Shown one piece after another: positions 16,903 to 26,339 of a DNA stretch of 64,000 bases (the first letter of the stretch is position 1; each line of letters begins with the position of its first letter). The translations under genes and the position numbers were made by a program. The stretch comes from a virus (Duplodnaviria > Caudoviricetes), in IMG/VR virus record IMGVR_UViG_3300037455_000245, positions 32,001-96,000 of that record; one strand, 5' to 3'. The notes beneath the pieces were generated by a model. The model was not told the DNA's origin and ran no database searches. It was given only the letters and a program-made list of their open reading frames with translations.

Positions 16903-17505
16903 ATGGCGAACTCGGTTGATGATGCAAAGCTGCAGGCTCCCGAGTTAATATCGCTCTTACTGAAGGAACCAAAAATCCTTCAGAAGATTGTATTGGCTAT
17001 GAAGCCTAAAGCGCGGGGTTACACCAAATGGAAGGTTGTACCTGAAGAAGAACGAATTTATCTGGGAAAATATTCCTGGCATGGATTTGGAGAATTCTGG
17101 AACAATCTTATCAAATGCTGTGATCACATCTCTTTCGACGATTTCTACATTAAAGTGTGGGATGCGTTGGTTGAGATGACTGCTGGTACTGAAGCACACG
17201 AAGCCGTGCTTGAAGGACTTTCTCGTGAAGTTCTCATGCAAGGCATCCACGCAAAGGACCAGAATATACTTCATCGATTCTTCGATGTATGTCGACATTT
17301 AACATCCGATGGATATTGGAGGGACAAGGGACTGAAGCGGGATAATCCGCCTCACCACCATTTTAAAGGCTGTCCGTATTCTGGTGATGTAGAAATAGAG
17401 GTAGAACCTCATGGCCGACCGCGACCTGGAGTATTTCGGGTGGTAGACTCGGTTGGAGATGCATTTGAGATTATTAATGTGAAATGGTTAGGTGGACGTC
17501 ATTAA
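16903..17505 (+). CDS. Hypothetical protein
   Basis: 200-aa ORF 2 nt after the upstream stop. Confidence 0.85.
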   Translation: MANSVDDAKLQAPELISLLLKEPKILQKIVLAMKPKARGYTKWKVVPEEERIYLGKYSWHGFGEFWNNLIKCCDHISFDDFYIKVWDALVEMTAGTEAHEAVLEGLSREVLMQGIHAKDQNILHRFFDVCRHLTSDGYWRDKGLKRDNPPHHHFKGCPYSGDVEIEVEPHGRPRPGVFRVVDSVGDAFEIINVKWLGGRH

Positions 17506-17727
17506 ACGGGTACGTCGGGCCTCTGCGGGGGTCTGTAGTTATTGGTCTGAGGGCTGGTGCTACAATTGGTATCTGTGTTAATGATAACACTTAAACAAGT
17601 CGCACAAACGTTTTAAGTGCGCTCAAAATAGACACAACAGCTATACTTTGATTAGGAACTCTGCGGGGGGCCATATAGTCAAAGTATAGCTGTCAGGTTT
17701 CTAATGAAGTGATTTATTAGAAACTGC
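17506..17727 (+). promoter_or_regulatory. Hairpin cluster with two CTCTGCGGGGG apices and a GTGA-loop hairpin
   Basis: Motif at 17521 and 17659. 18-bp stem ACAGCTATACTTTGATTA/TAGTCAAAGTATAGCTGT. GTTTCTAATGAA-GTGA-TTTATTAGAAAC. Confidence 0.55.
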
Positions 17728-17788
17728 AAGGTAAATGATGCTCGAATTCAATTTTAATTAACATGTCTAACTAAATCAAGAATTGCTT

Positions 17789-18334
17789 ATGACGAAATCA
17801 ATTAAATTGAATGCATCGAATATTCTTAACATTAAGAAGAAGATTGATAACGATATTACAAAGTATAGCCACATTATCCGTGAGGAGAATTTGATATCTA
17901 AGAAGGCTATTGAGGCTGGTAAGGGTTCAGGCTTTGATCTTAAAGCTCTGTATAATACTATCCAGCAGCTTCGTACTAAGCGTATTATGCTTAAGGGTAT
18001 GATTCAGTATCTTAATATGGGTACTACTACGTTTAATTACGAGGATTTTAAGAAGACAAACTATTATGCTATTTTCTCTGCTTGTGAGGCTAAGGAGGAT
18101 ATCACTTTGTTAAAGATGATTAAGACTCTGGACCCCAAGACTAAGGCTCAGAAGGGTAAGAAGACTCTTGCTATGAAGGAGACTTTCTCTAAAGAGAAGA
18201 TTGCACAGCTGATACACGATCAGCAGCTTGAGGCCAACAAGTTTGACGCTATTCTGGCTAAGTTCAATACTGATACTAGCATCGAGATTGATGAGAGCAA
18301 CAGTGATGACTTTAAGGAGTATATTACAGCGTAA
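17789..18334 (+). CDS. Hypothetical protein
   Basis: Biased-codon ORF from ATG 17789. Confidence 0.85.
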   Translation: MTKSIKLNASNILNIKKKIDNDITKYSHIIREENLISKKAIEAGKGSGFDLKALYNTIQQLRTKRIMLKGMIQYLNMGTTTFNYEDFKKTNYYAIFSACEAKEDITLLKMIKTLDPKTKAQKGKKTLAMKETFSKEKIAQLIHDQQLEANKFDAILAKFNTDTSIEIDESNSDDFKEYITA

Positions 18335-18346
18335 TAAAAATTGGCA

Positions 18347-18399
18347 GGTTATAACAAAATAAGGGCGTCTAGACAGTTCGATGCTGTCAATAACCACAA
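18347..18399 (+). ncRNA. tRNA top-half minihelix
   Basis: GGTTAT..GACAG-TTCGATG-CTGTC-A-ATAACC-A-CAA. Confidence 0.55.
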
Positions 18400-18449
18400 A
18401 TGGTGAGTTCCACACCTATAACATGTAAAACAATTAAATCATTATCAAA

Positions 18450-19370
18450 ATGTCACGAAAGAATTTTAAGGTAGACACTGCCGCAAACGGTCAGACTGCC
18501 AAACAAGATACAAAACACGCATTCAGCGAAATAAAGCGCGAACTTGGCGTAGTTGAGAAGACTAACGTTCCTACTGGAAAAGTCAAGAATACGGAAGATC
18601 GCCGTAAGGCACGTGAAGAATCATACAAACAGTTCCGCGTGAACGCTCTCAAACGACGAGCGCAACGCATGGGCTTAACGGAAGAGCAGACGAAAGTAAA
18701 AATAGATCAGCTGCTCAAACAGATGGATGAGCCCGCTACGTATAATATGATCGTAACGTATCATGTCAGCGACAAGGATATGCTTATCCAAGCTCTAAAG
18801 AAGGAGGATATAGTATGGAAGATTATGGTAAATCCTACTCGACGCTGTCAGGATGCATATTGCATCATAGAGGCAGACAAGGATGTACTCGATTATCTCC
18901 GTGGATTGAATATCCCGACGCTGAAGATCTATCCGTATGTCAAGAAGAAGCCAGCTATAATAGAGGCTCTGTCAAGGAAGAAGAGTGATTACGTTGCTAA
19001 GAACAATGATAAGTCTAAGACTCCGAAGGGTATCCGCAATGCACGAAAGGCTATGATAGTAGCCGCTATGATCGAGCATCTTAAGGAACTCAAAGCTAAT
19101 GGCGTCATCAAGCAGACAACCGCAAACATGCTCAAGCGCACTTATGTAGCAATGCATAATGACCACAAACTTGCTGCCAAGTTGCAGAAAGAGGTGCGTA
19201 CAAAGCATGAGCGTAAGTTGAAAAAGCAGGAAATGCTGCTCAAGAAGAAGCTCGAGAAACGCCGTCAGGAGGCCAAGAAGCGTAAGGCCGGTACAATTGT
19301 ACCTATGAATGCTAAAAAGGCCTCAGAGAGCCCCAAAACAGCCTCTAAGACGCTCAAACAGGCCGCATAA
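18450..19370 (+). CDS. Very basic (K/R-rich) protein ending LKQAA
   Basis: 306-aa ORF. Confidence 0.88.
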   Translation: MSRKNFKVDTAANGQTAKQDTKHAFSEIKRELGVVEKTNVPTGKVKNTEDRRKAREESYKQFRVNALKRRAQRMGLTEEQTKVKIDQLLKQMDEPATYNMIVTYHVSDKDMLIQALKKEDIVWKIMVNPTRRCQDAYCIIEADKDVLDYLRGLNIPTLKIYPYVKKKPAIIEALSRKKSDYVAKNNDKSKTPKGIRNARKAMIVAAMIEHLKELKANGVIKQTTANMLKRTYVAMHNDHKLAAKLQKEVRTKHERKLKKQEMLLKKKLEKRRQEAKKRKAGTIVPMNAKKASESPKTASKTLKQAA

Positions 19371-19399
19371 CCTATGTTCAAATTAATATACAAATTGAT

Positions 19400-20188
19400 A
19401 TGGGACATAGCAGCATTCGTCCTAAGGTGCGTCGAAGAAAAGTAGCTGCCCTTGCAGCCTATAGCCGTAAGTTTACCGTTAGGAATAATACAATACACAA
19501 GCTAGGATTGAACTCTAAGAATGTTGTAGTAATGTTCAAGGAGATACCGACTGCTAGGTTTGATACTCCTATATTCGGTAAGATGTTTGAGATAGATAAA
19601 GACGGTCATTATCATCTGATTGAGCGTGAGTTTGATCCGACACCGATGCTGTTGAATCATAAGCAGCCGAAGCGACTTATGAAGTATAACAGAATTGATA
19701 AAGACGGTAATCAACGTAATGACTTTGTCAAGTTCTTCCCCAATTATCCATACAATCTTCCTAAGATGAACAAACAGGAGTATATGGAGAAGCTTGTACA
19801 GCATAAGTTGGCCAAGTGGGAGAAGAAAAATCCTAAGCCACAACAGGATCTGTTTGACAAAGTAGAAGACTGGGAACAGCGACGATTCCTAGCAGAACAA
19901 CGATTCAGAGACTTCGTCGTCTCTGTCTACGACCCTCTGACCCTCATAGGACGATTCGTCCTAGGCGCGGGTAACTCAGCTACCTATCAGGAAAAGAAGA
20001 TAGCTGAGATAAAAGATATCAACGGAGAAGGACACATGGTCAACCATTTGTCAAAAAATTCAAAGTTGATGAAAAAGGCTCAGAAGATTACAAATCACAC
20101 AAAGAATAAATATCCAAGTTTGGTAGCATGTAATCTGAAAGACCACAAGAAGCAGCATGGCAGGATAATCTTGCCACAGGCTGCGTAA
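19400..20188 (+). CDS. Basic protein ending LPQAA
   Basis: 262-aa ORF. Confidence 0.88.
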   Translation: MGHSSIRPKVRRRKVAALAAYSRKFTVRNNTIHKLGLNSKNVVVMFKEIPTARFDTPIFGKMFEIDKDGHYHLIEREFDPTPMLLNHKQPKRLMKYNRIDKDGNQRNDFVKFFPNYPYNLPKMNKQEYMEKLVQHKLAKWEKKNPKPQQDLFDKVEDWEQRRFLAEQRFRDFVVSVYDPLTLIGRFVLGAGNSATYQEKKIAEIKDINGEGHMVNHLSKNSKLMKKAQKITNHTKNKYPSLVACNLKDHKKQHGRIILPQAA

Positions 20189-20281
20189 CCTATATGGGAC
20201 CCCCACTACAGAGAATGTACTTCGTCAGCGAAACGGAGTGTACAGCGATTGCACGGTGGGGAACAATTAGACATGTGAAGT

Positions 20282-22156
20282 ATGATTATTAAGAACAAAC
20301 TAGTCGTTGTTTACGACATAGAAGTATTTAGTAACTGCTTCCATTGCTGCTGTAAAGATACAGAAAGCGGAGACATCATAAAGTTTGAAATAAGTGAAAG
20401 AATCAATCAGCTCGAAGAGCTGGTTGATTTCTTTTACTATAATTCGCAGGACAGAATGTTCTGTGGGTATAATAACAAACATTATGATGATGTTATCATA
20501 AATTATATGATAGACTATCATTACAAAATGGCGCAACTGCCAGTTAGTAAGGTATGTCGTTCGCTATTCAATTTATCGCAGCTAATCGTCGATGATGAAA
20601 TCGACGGAGTATCAACATTCAAACGATGGAAGTACGCTAATTACTTCTATTCAATGGATTTATTGACTATGATGTTTAGTCAGAAGTTACGTGTCGGCTT
20701 AAAAACGATGCAGGTAACGATGCACTATAAAAATGTGCGGGAGTATGACGGCGACTTCAACAAACCAATAGCCGTCGAAGATATTGACGATATGATATCG
20801 TATAATATCAATGATGTAGAGTCTACTACTCAGTTGTTAAACCAGCTGAAAGGGCAAATAGACTTACGTCTCTTCATAGAAGAGGAACACGGAATTGATT
20901 GCTTGTCAATGGATTCTGTTAAGATGGCAGAGACCTTCCTGTTGGAGAAATACTCCGAGAGGTCAGGTATTCCCAAAAATGTAATAAAGGAAATGAGATC
21001 TCCCATGGATTATATTCCGTTAAGAGATGTTATTCTGCCATTTATATCCTACAAAAACCCAAAGTTACAGAGTCTCTTAGAAGAAATGAAGGAACAGGTA
21101 GTTTATTCTAAGGAACGAAAAGGCTACGAGAAGGAGTTCGTCCTCTCGAACGTGGTGTATTCTGTGGGAGTGGGAGGTATACATACCAAACACGACCCAA
21201 AGATATTCCTCCCAGCCGATGACGAGTTTATAGGGCACGCAGATGTGGCGTCGATGTACCCGTCTTTATTGATAGAATATCAGTTTGGACCTCGTCACTT
21301 GGGGAAACTATTTTGCGAGTTATTTGCCCAACTGAAAGCCGAAAGGCTAGAAGCAAAACATACAGGTCAGAAGATTAAGAACTTGTTCCTAAAGATTGTG
21401 CTAAACTCTCCTACTGGTAAAATGCAGCAGGAGGTATCGTGGATGTACGATCCGTTTAACGTTTTTAAGATAAGAATAAATGGTCAGTTAATCCTTCTTT
21501 TGCTCGTAGACAGGCTTTTAGAGCTTGGCTGTGAAATTATACAGTGCAACACCGACGGTGTCGTCTACAGGGCTAAAAAAGGCCTTAAATCGGCTATTTC
21601 AGATGCTATTACCGAAGTTGAAAAACTTACGCGTCTAGAATTCGAATCTGATGAGTATGAAGCCTTCTATCAGTACGCTATCAATGACTACTTTGGTGTC
21701 TTGAAAGGCGGTGAGATAGAAGAAAAAGGTATGTTTATTACGAAGCGAGATGACAGGAGACTGGGCAAAGGTCTCGCACCTGTGGTTATACCAAAGGCAG
21801 TAATTGCATATTTCACAGAAGGAATTCCTATTGAACAATATATAAAATCTGATGGAGACATCAGAGACTTCTTAATGTCCCAACAAGTCGATAAGAAGTT
21901 TACTGTGCTGCACGGGGAAAATCGAGTACAGCGCATTAATAGGTTTTACGCAAGTACAAATGGTGAATATCTGTTTAAACAAAAAGATGGAGAAAACCCA
22001 GAGAACATGTTAACAAAGTCAGGAGTAACAATCTTGAACGAGTTATATGATACGACTGTAGAAGGTCGAAAGATCAACTATAGGTACTATATCAGCGAAG
22101 CCAAGAAGATTGTTTCTGACTTCACTGAACAACAATTAGAACTATTCAATCTATGA
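20282..22156 (+). CDS. polB: Family B DNA polymerase (crAss type)
   Basis: Exonuclease motifs YDIE, GYNNKHYD and YNINDV. Polymerase motifs DVASMYPS, KIVLNSPTGK and NTDG. Confidence 0.95.
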   Translation: MIIKNKLVVVYDIEVFSNCFHCCCKDTESGDIIKFEISERINQLEELVDFFYYNSQDRMFCGYNNKHYDDVIINYMIDYHYKMAQLPVSKVCRSLFNLSQLIVDDEIDGVSTFKRWKYANYFYSMDLLTMMFSQKLRVGLKTMQVTMHYKNVREYDGDFNKPIAVEDIDDMISYNINDVESTTQLLNQLKGQIDLRLFIEEEHGIDCLSMDSVKMAETFLLEKYSERSGIPKNVIKEMRSPMDYIPLRDVILPFISYKNPKLQSLLEEMKEQVVYSKERKGYEKEFVLSNVVYSVGVGGIHTKHDPKIFLPADDEFIGHADVASMYPSLLIEYQFGPRHLGKLFCELFAQLKAERLEAKHTGQKIKNLFLKIVLNSPTGKMQQEVSWMYDPFNVFKIRINGQLILLLLVDRLLELGCEIIQCNTDGVVYRAKKGLKSAISDAITEVEKLTRLEFESDEYEAFYQYAINDYFGVLKGGEIEEKGMFITKRDDRRLGKGLAPVVIPKAVIAYFTEGIPIEQYIKSDGDIRDFLMSQQVDKKFTVLHGENRVQRINRFYASTNGEYLFKQKDGENPENMLTKSGVTILNELYDTTVEGRKINYRYYISEAKKIVSDFTEQQLELFNL

Positions 22157-22716
22157 TAATTGAATTAGACACAAAACTTCTGGATGAATTTCCAGATCTA
22201 ACTATGAATCAGTATGTATTCCTAAGTATGGTATTGGGTAAGAATCAACCAAAATATCAAGACGTCCGCAAAGTTGTCAGCCTTATAAGCGACGAAGAGA
22301 TATCATACTTAGTTTCTCATGAACTAGTAACCGCGATCGAGAGCGGTGAGTCAATTACATATCAACCGACAGATAAGCTAATATCCTCGGTAAAGAAAGA
22401 GAAAGATTATTTCGATCTCTTTTACGATATGTACCCAGTGTATGTAATGAGATCAGATGGGAGTAAATCTTATCTGAGAGCCAATGTAAACAAGTGCCGT
22501 CATTTCTTTAACGCCAGGTGTGGGGGAAGTTCTGCAATGGCGGAGCACCTTATCAAATGCCTTGATTATGAAATATCTAAGCGCATGCGAGAAGGTAGTC
22601 TCAGTTATATGATGACTATGTGGAATTGGTTAACTCGTTCACAGTGGGAAGCGATTGAGGAAGAGATGCAGGATACAGATAAAAATGTAGCTTCTTATGG
22701 AACAGAACTTATCTAA
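22153..22716 (+). CDS. Putative replication initiation / helicase-associated protein
   Basis: Lies between the polymerase and helicase, with FDLFYDMYP and MWNWL..SQWE motifs like phage replisome-organiser C-termini. Confidence 0.6.
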   Translation: MIIELDTKLLDEFPDLTMNQYVFLSMVLGKNQPKYQDVRKVVSLISDEEISYLVSHELVTAIESGESITYQPTDKLISSVKKEKDYFDLFYDMYPVYVMRSDGSKSYLRANVNKCRHFFNARCGGSSAMAEHLIKCLDYEISKRMREGSLSYMMTMWNWLTRSQWEAIEEEMQDTDKNVASYGTELI

Positions 22717-23623
22717 CGTTGTACGTCCGATGAGTGTTGTGGCCCAAGAGACCATCAACTACATCAAAGGCAGAAGAGAGCATAAAATTGTTTCTCTTAG
22801 CACGAGATGGAAGAAGTTCAATAAGCAGTGTATGGGAGGTATTGAACCCAATACTGTATACACCATACCTGGCATCTCGGGTTCCGGTAAGTCTAGTTTT
22901 GCTAACTTACTATCTACTGATATCATAGATCTTAATCCCTCAGAGGATATAATTGTGCTTAGCTTCTCGTTAGAGATGGTTGCATTTAGGCAAGTTGGAA
23001 GGACGCTTTCTAATAAGCTCAGGAAAACGACTTCGACTCTGTATAGCTCGGAAACGAGCCTTGATGACCAAACGTTTGGTAGAGTCATTGGAGTATGCAA
23101 TCAGCTAAAGGAGTATCCTATCTATTTTGTAGATAGTCCTACTACTCCCATGCAAGTTCAAGAGATTATATCTACATTCTATAACACGTATGTAAAAGGT
23201 ACTGGTAAACACTTCGTGATATTCTATGATCACGCATTGTTAACTAAACCCATCGGTTCTGTCTTGGAAACCATTGCCGAATTACAACGTGTCTTCATTC
23301 AGGTCAAGAAATTGCCCATGACGTCTGTCATACAGATAGCTCAAATGAATCGAAATATAGAGGCGCCTGAGAGGATTAATAACCCACTATCGCATTATCC
23401 TATGCGTAGTGATATTTCATCGTCCGATGCGATTTTCCAGGCGTCCGATTACGTCCTGGTCATTCACAGACCTGAGATGTTGGGCATACAAGAATACGGT
23501 CCAAATCATTTACCTACACAAAACAAGGTGTATATTCACGTTCTTAAGAATAGGGATGCTGGTAAGCCTTGTATCCTTGAATTCGAGAATGACCTTATGT
23601 ACAACAATCTCCTTGAATGTTAA
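22697..23623 (+). CDS. dnaB: DnaB-like (SF4) replicative helicase
   Basis: Walker A GISGSGKS, FSLEM, IAQMNR, SDISSSDAIFQASD, LKNRD. Confidence 0.92.
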   Translation: MEQNLSNVVRPMSVVAQETINYIKGRREHKIVSLSTRWKKFNKQCMGGIEPNTVYTIPGISGSGKSSFANLLSTDIIDLNPSEDIIVLSFSLEMVAFRQVGRTLSNKLRKTTSTLYSSETSLDDQTFGRVIGVCNQLKEYPIYFVDSPTTPMQVQEIISTFYNTYVKGTGKHFVIFYDHALLTKPIGSVLETIAELQRVFIQVKKLPMTSVIQIAQMNRNIEAPERINNPLSHYPMRSDISSSDAIFQASDYVLVIHRPEMLGIQEYGPNHLPTQNKVYIHVLKNRDAGKPCILEFENDLMYNNLLEC

Positions 23624-23665
23624 TCTGTCGGACAAGTATTAACATTTTAAAAGAAAGGCTGAATT

Positions 23666-24190
23666 ATGACAAAGTATACTTTTTCTATCAACAATAGTAA
23701 TATTAATAAGACTAATACCGGTTGTCCTTTTTGCAACAAGTGCAATACCTCTGCATATTATTCTGAGATGCTTACTGATCTCATTAATGCTGATATAGAG
23801 GAGAAGAATCCTTGGCTGTTTGGTTATAAGAACAACACTACCAATAAGCCCGGTACTATCGATATTAAGCTTACATCTCCCGGCACTACGTCGTTTGACG
23901 AGCTTGAGAATGCGTTCATTTATGGTGGTACGAAGTACTACTATAACAATGCTTATAACTTCCTGAAGGGTCTCGGTACTTGTATCAATTGCCCGTTCAA
24001 GAAGAATATTAAGTACAAGCTGAACGATGGTACCTACTTTAAGATTACTGATGATTACATTCACATCAACGATGAGATGTACTTCTTTAATCTGATGGAT
24101 GATGCTTTCTTCTATAATCTCAGCTGTCCGTTGAAGAAGACGATCGCTACGATTTATATCGCTGGTCTGAAGATTACTATTAAGAAATAA
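23666..24190 (+). CDS. Hypothetical protein
   Basis: 174-aa ORF with CPFC and CINC motifs. Confidence 0.8.
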   Translation: MTKYTFSINNSNINKTNTGCPFCNKCNTSAYYSEMLTDLINADIEEKNPWLFGYKNNTTNKPGTIDIKLTSPGTTSFDELENAFIYGGTKYYYNNAYNFLKGLGTCINCPFKKNIKYKLNDGTYFKITDDYIHINDEMYFFNLMDDAFFYNLSCPLKKTIATIYIAGLKITIKK

Positions 24191-24202
24191 TTTAGTATAA
24201 AT

Positions 24203-24949
24203 ATGAGCTTAGTACTACCTACACAACCGGTTCCTGCTACCTCGGTAAACCCACAGTACTTGATATTGTACGGTTTGCCTAAATCAGGCAAAACCTCATG
24301 TGTAGCTCAGATACCTAACAACCTTATAATAGATCTTGAAGGTGGTTCCACCTTTATTGATGCGATGGCTGTACAAGCGCGCACAATAGAAGATCTAGGA
24401 AAGATTGCTCAGGCAATTCGAGCAAAGAATGAGGAAGTTGGACACAACTTTTATAAACATATAACAATAGATAATGCAACACGTCTTGAAGATATTTGTA
24501 TGTCTTATGCTTGCACTCTTTATCGACAAACGGAACTTGGAAAGAACTGGAAAGGTACCGATATCACCACTCTGGCAAAAGGTGCGGGTTATGGATACTT
24601 GCGCACCGCTGTAAAGAAGGTAATAGATATGTTCAAGGAATTGTGTGATGAATTCATACTTATAGGACATGTCAAAGATAGTATCACCAATAAGGATGGG
24701 CAAGAGGTTAATGCAAAAGAAATCGACCTCGTCGGAAAGCTTGGGAAGATCGTTTGCGGAATGGCTGACGCAGTCGGATACGTATACCGAAAGGACAATG
24801 AAACACATATTAGTTTCAAGTCTGGAGGAGACGGGACTATTATGGAGGCTCGTGCCAGACACATCGCAGGTAAAGATATTGTCATCGCTACTGGGAATGA
24901 AGACGGAAGTATAACAACATATTGGGATAAAGTTTATAAACTTGAATAA
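24203..24949 (+). CDS. AAA_24 / Sak4-like ATPase (single-strand annealing)
   Basis: LILYGLPKSGKT, IIDLEGG, ITIDN, ILIGH, ADAVGY. Confidence 0.88.
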   Translation: MSLVLPTQPVPATSVNPQYLILYGLPKSGKTSCVAQIPNNLIIDLEGGSTFIDAMAVQARTIEDLGKIAQAIRAKNEEVGHNFYKHITIDNATRLEDICMSYACTLYRQTELGKNWKGTDITTLAKGAGYGYLRTAVKKVIDMFKELCDEFILIGHVKDSITNKDGQEVNAKEIDLVGKLGKIVCGMADAVGYVYRKDNETHISFKSGGDGTIMEARARHIAGKDIVIATGNEDGSITTYWDKVYKLE

Positions 24950-24951
24950 TC

Positions 24952-25137
24952 ATGAAGTATCGTGGTTCAATGATACATCTAAAAATAAACGGTGAGTATA
25001 AAAGTGCAAACCTTTATTTAGGTATAAACTCTGTAAAAAGAGTAGGAAACGCGTTACGAGAGCTGAATAAACAATGCGATCCATCTGAATTTGTAGGATG
25101 GATAACATTGGGATTTAGTGATGATAATAAAATCTAA
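24952..25137 (+). CDS. Small hypothetical protein
   Basis: 61-aa ORF tightly packed in the operon. Confidence 0.6.
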   Translation: MKYRGSMIHLKINGEYKSANLYLGINSVKRVGNALRELNKQCDPSEFVGWITLGFSDDNKI

Positions 25138-25143
25138 GGAACT

Positions 25144-25737
25144 ATGTATAGTACAAAAACAGCAACAACAAGCAATACGGAGTTTACAAGCTCCTATATG
25201 CCAGTAGGCATCAATGAAAACATCACTCTGAAAGAAGTAAACGTCAACAAATCGCCTCAAGGTCTTGACTTTCTGGAGATAATTTTCCAGAACAGTGAGG
25301 GTCAAACAGCAACTATGACTGAATGGAAGAACGAGAAGAATATGTGGATTAAGACCGATGAAGATTTACAGCGTCGAGATAATCAGCAGTTCGGACGTAT
25401 TCTGCAGGTTATAGATGCAATTAAAGGTGGTCATAATGATTTCGAAGGTAATTCGTTTATCGAGATGATTACTTGGGCTAAGACGTGTCTTAATGACGGT
25501 GATAACGATCCTGTGCGTCTTAAAGTAATTTATGACAAAAAGGGTTATACTACCGTATCTAAGAATGGTGTATTTATCGAGTCTATGGGTGTTGCAGAGT
25601 CGCAGATTAAGCTTTGGAAGAACGATCTTCTGGAGCGTCCCGTACAGGCTGACGTTGAGAAGCCTATCGACCCGCTCGCTGGTAACAGTGCTCCGGTGAC
25701 TGCAGACTCTACAGGTGCTGACGACCTACCTTTCTAA
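25144..25737 (+). CDS. ssb: Single-stranded DNA-binding protein
   Basis: Follows the Sak4-like ATPase, with an acidic tail ending ADDLPF. Confidence 0.75.
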   Translation: MYSTKTATTSNTEFTSSYMPVGINENITLKEVNVNKSPQGLDFLEIIFQNSEGQTATMTEWKNEKNMWIKTDEDLQRRDNQQFGRILQVIDAIKGGHNDFEGNSFIEMITWAKTCLNDGDNDPVRLKVIYDKKGYTTVSKNGVFIESMGVAESQIKLWKNDLLERPVQADVEKPIDPLAGNSAPVTADSTGADDLPF

Positions 25738-26142
25738 TAATATAAACGATAGTTAGAAAGAGTTTAACTATTTAGACGCCATAACTATAGTGTCTTTATA
25801 GAAATAGTCAGTGGTGCTGACAACCAATAAGAAGTATTCCAGAGGTATGACGGAAAAAGACGTGGCTCGCAGAGCTGAGAAACGAAACGTAATGGCACTC
25901 GTGTTGGGTGAAATTCCCATCTATCTCGTATAAAGAATCTAGTATGAGAAGCTAGCTTATAAAAGATCAGTGGTGGAGGACTGGAGGTCTAATAGTGCGA
26001 CGTGAGTATCGGCAGATAGAAATATCGGGGACGCAACACACTATGGCAGCCAGCCCCTAACAATTAAACAATTTGAGGGTGGGAGGAGGAGCCTGGTCAG
26101 TGGAATGCTTTTAAAAGAGCCAGGGAGTAGAATTGTTTAAAC

Positions 26143-26323
26143 GGGTTTTTGGTGTAATGGTTGCATAGGCGGCTGATCTTAATTAGATAATCGTTCCACG
26201 TAAGTCTAATAAACTGTGGGTACATGGAAACTGTACAAATGAACTAGGTTTAGCCTAGAGAGGGTAACGTGAAAGCTAATAAGATGTAAATGCAGTCGGA
26301 CAGGTTCGAATCCTGAAAACCCA
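26143..26323 (+). ncRNA. tRNA-like RNA with a ~115-nt structured insertion replacing the anticodon loop
   Basis: GGGTTTT/AAAACCC-A acceptor, GTGT-AATGGTT-GCAT D arm, CGGCTG/CAGTCG helix extended by ATCTT/AAGAT and ATTAG/CTAAT, CAGG-TTCGAAT-CCTG T arm. Confidence 0.75.
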
Positions 26324-26339
26324 CACAAAGCTTAAGCTT

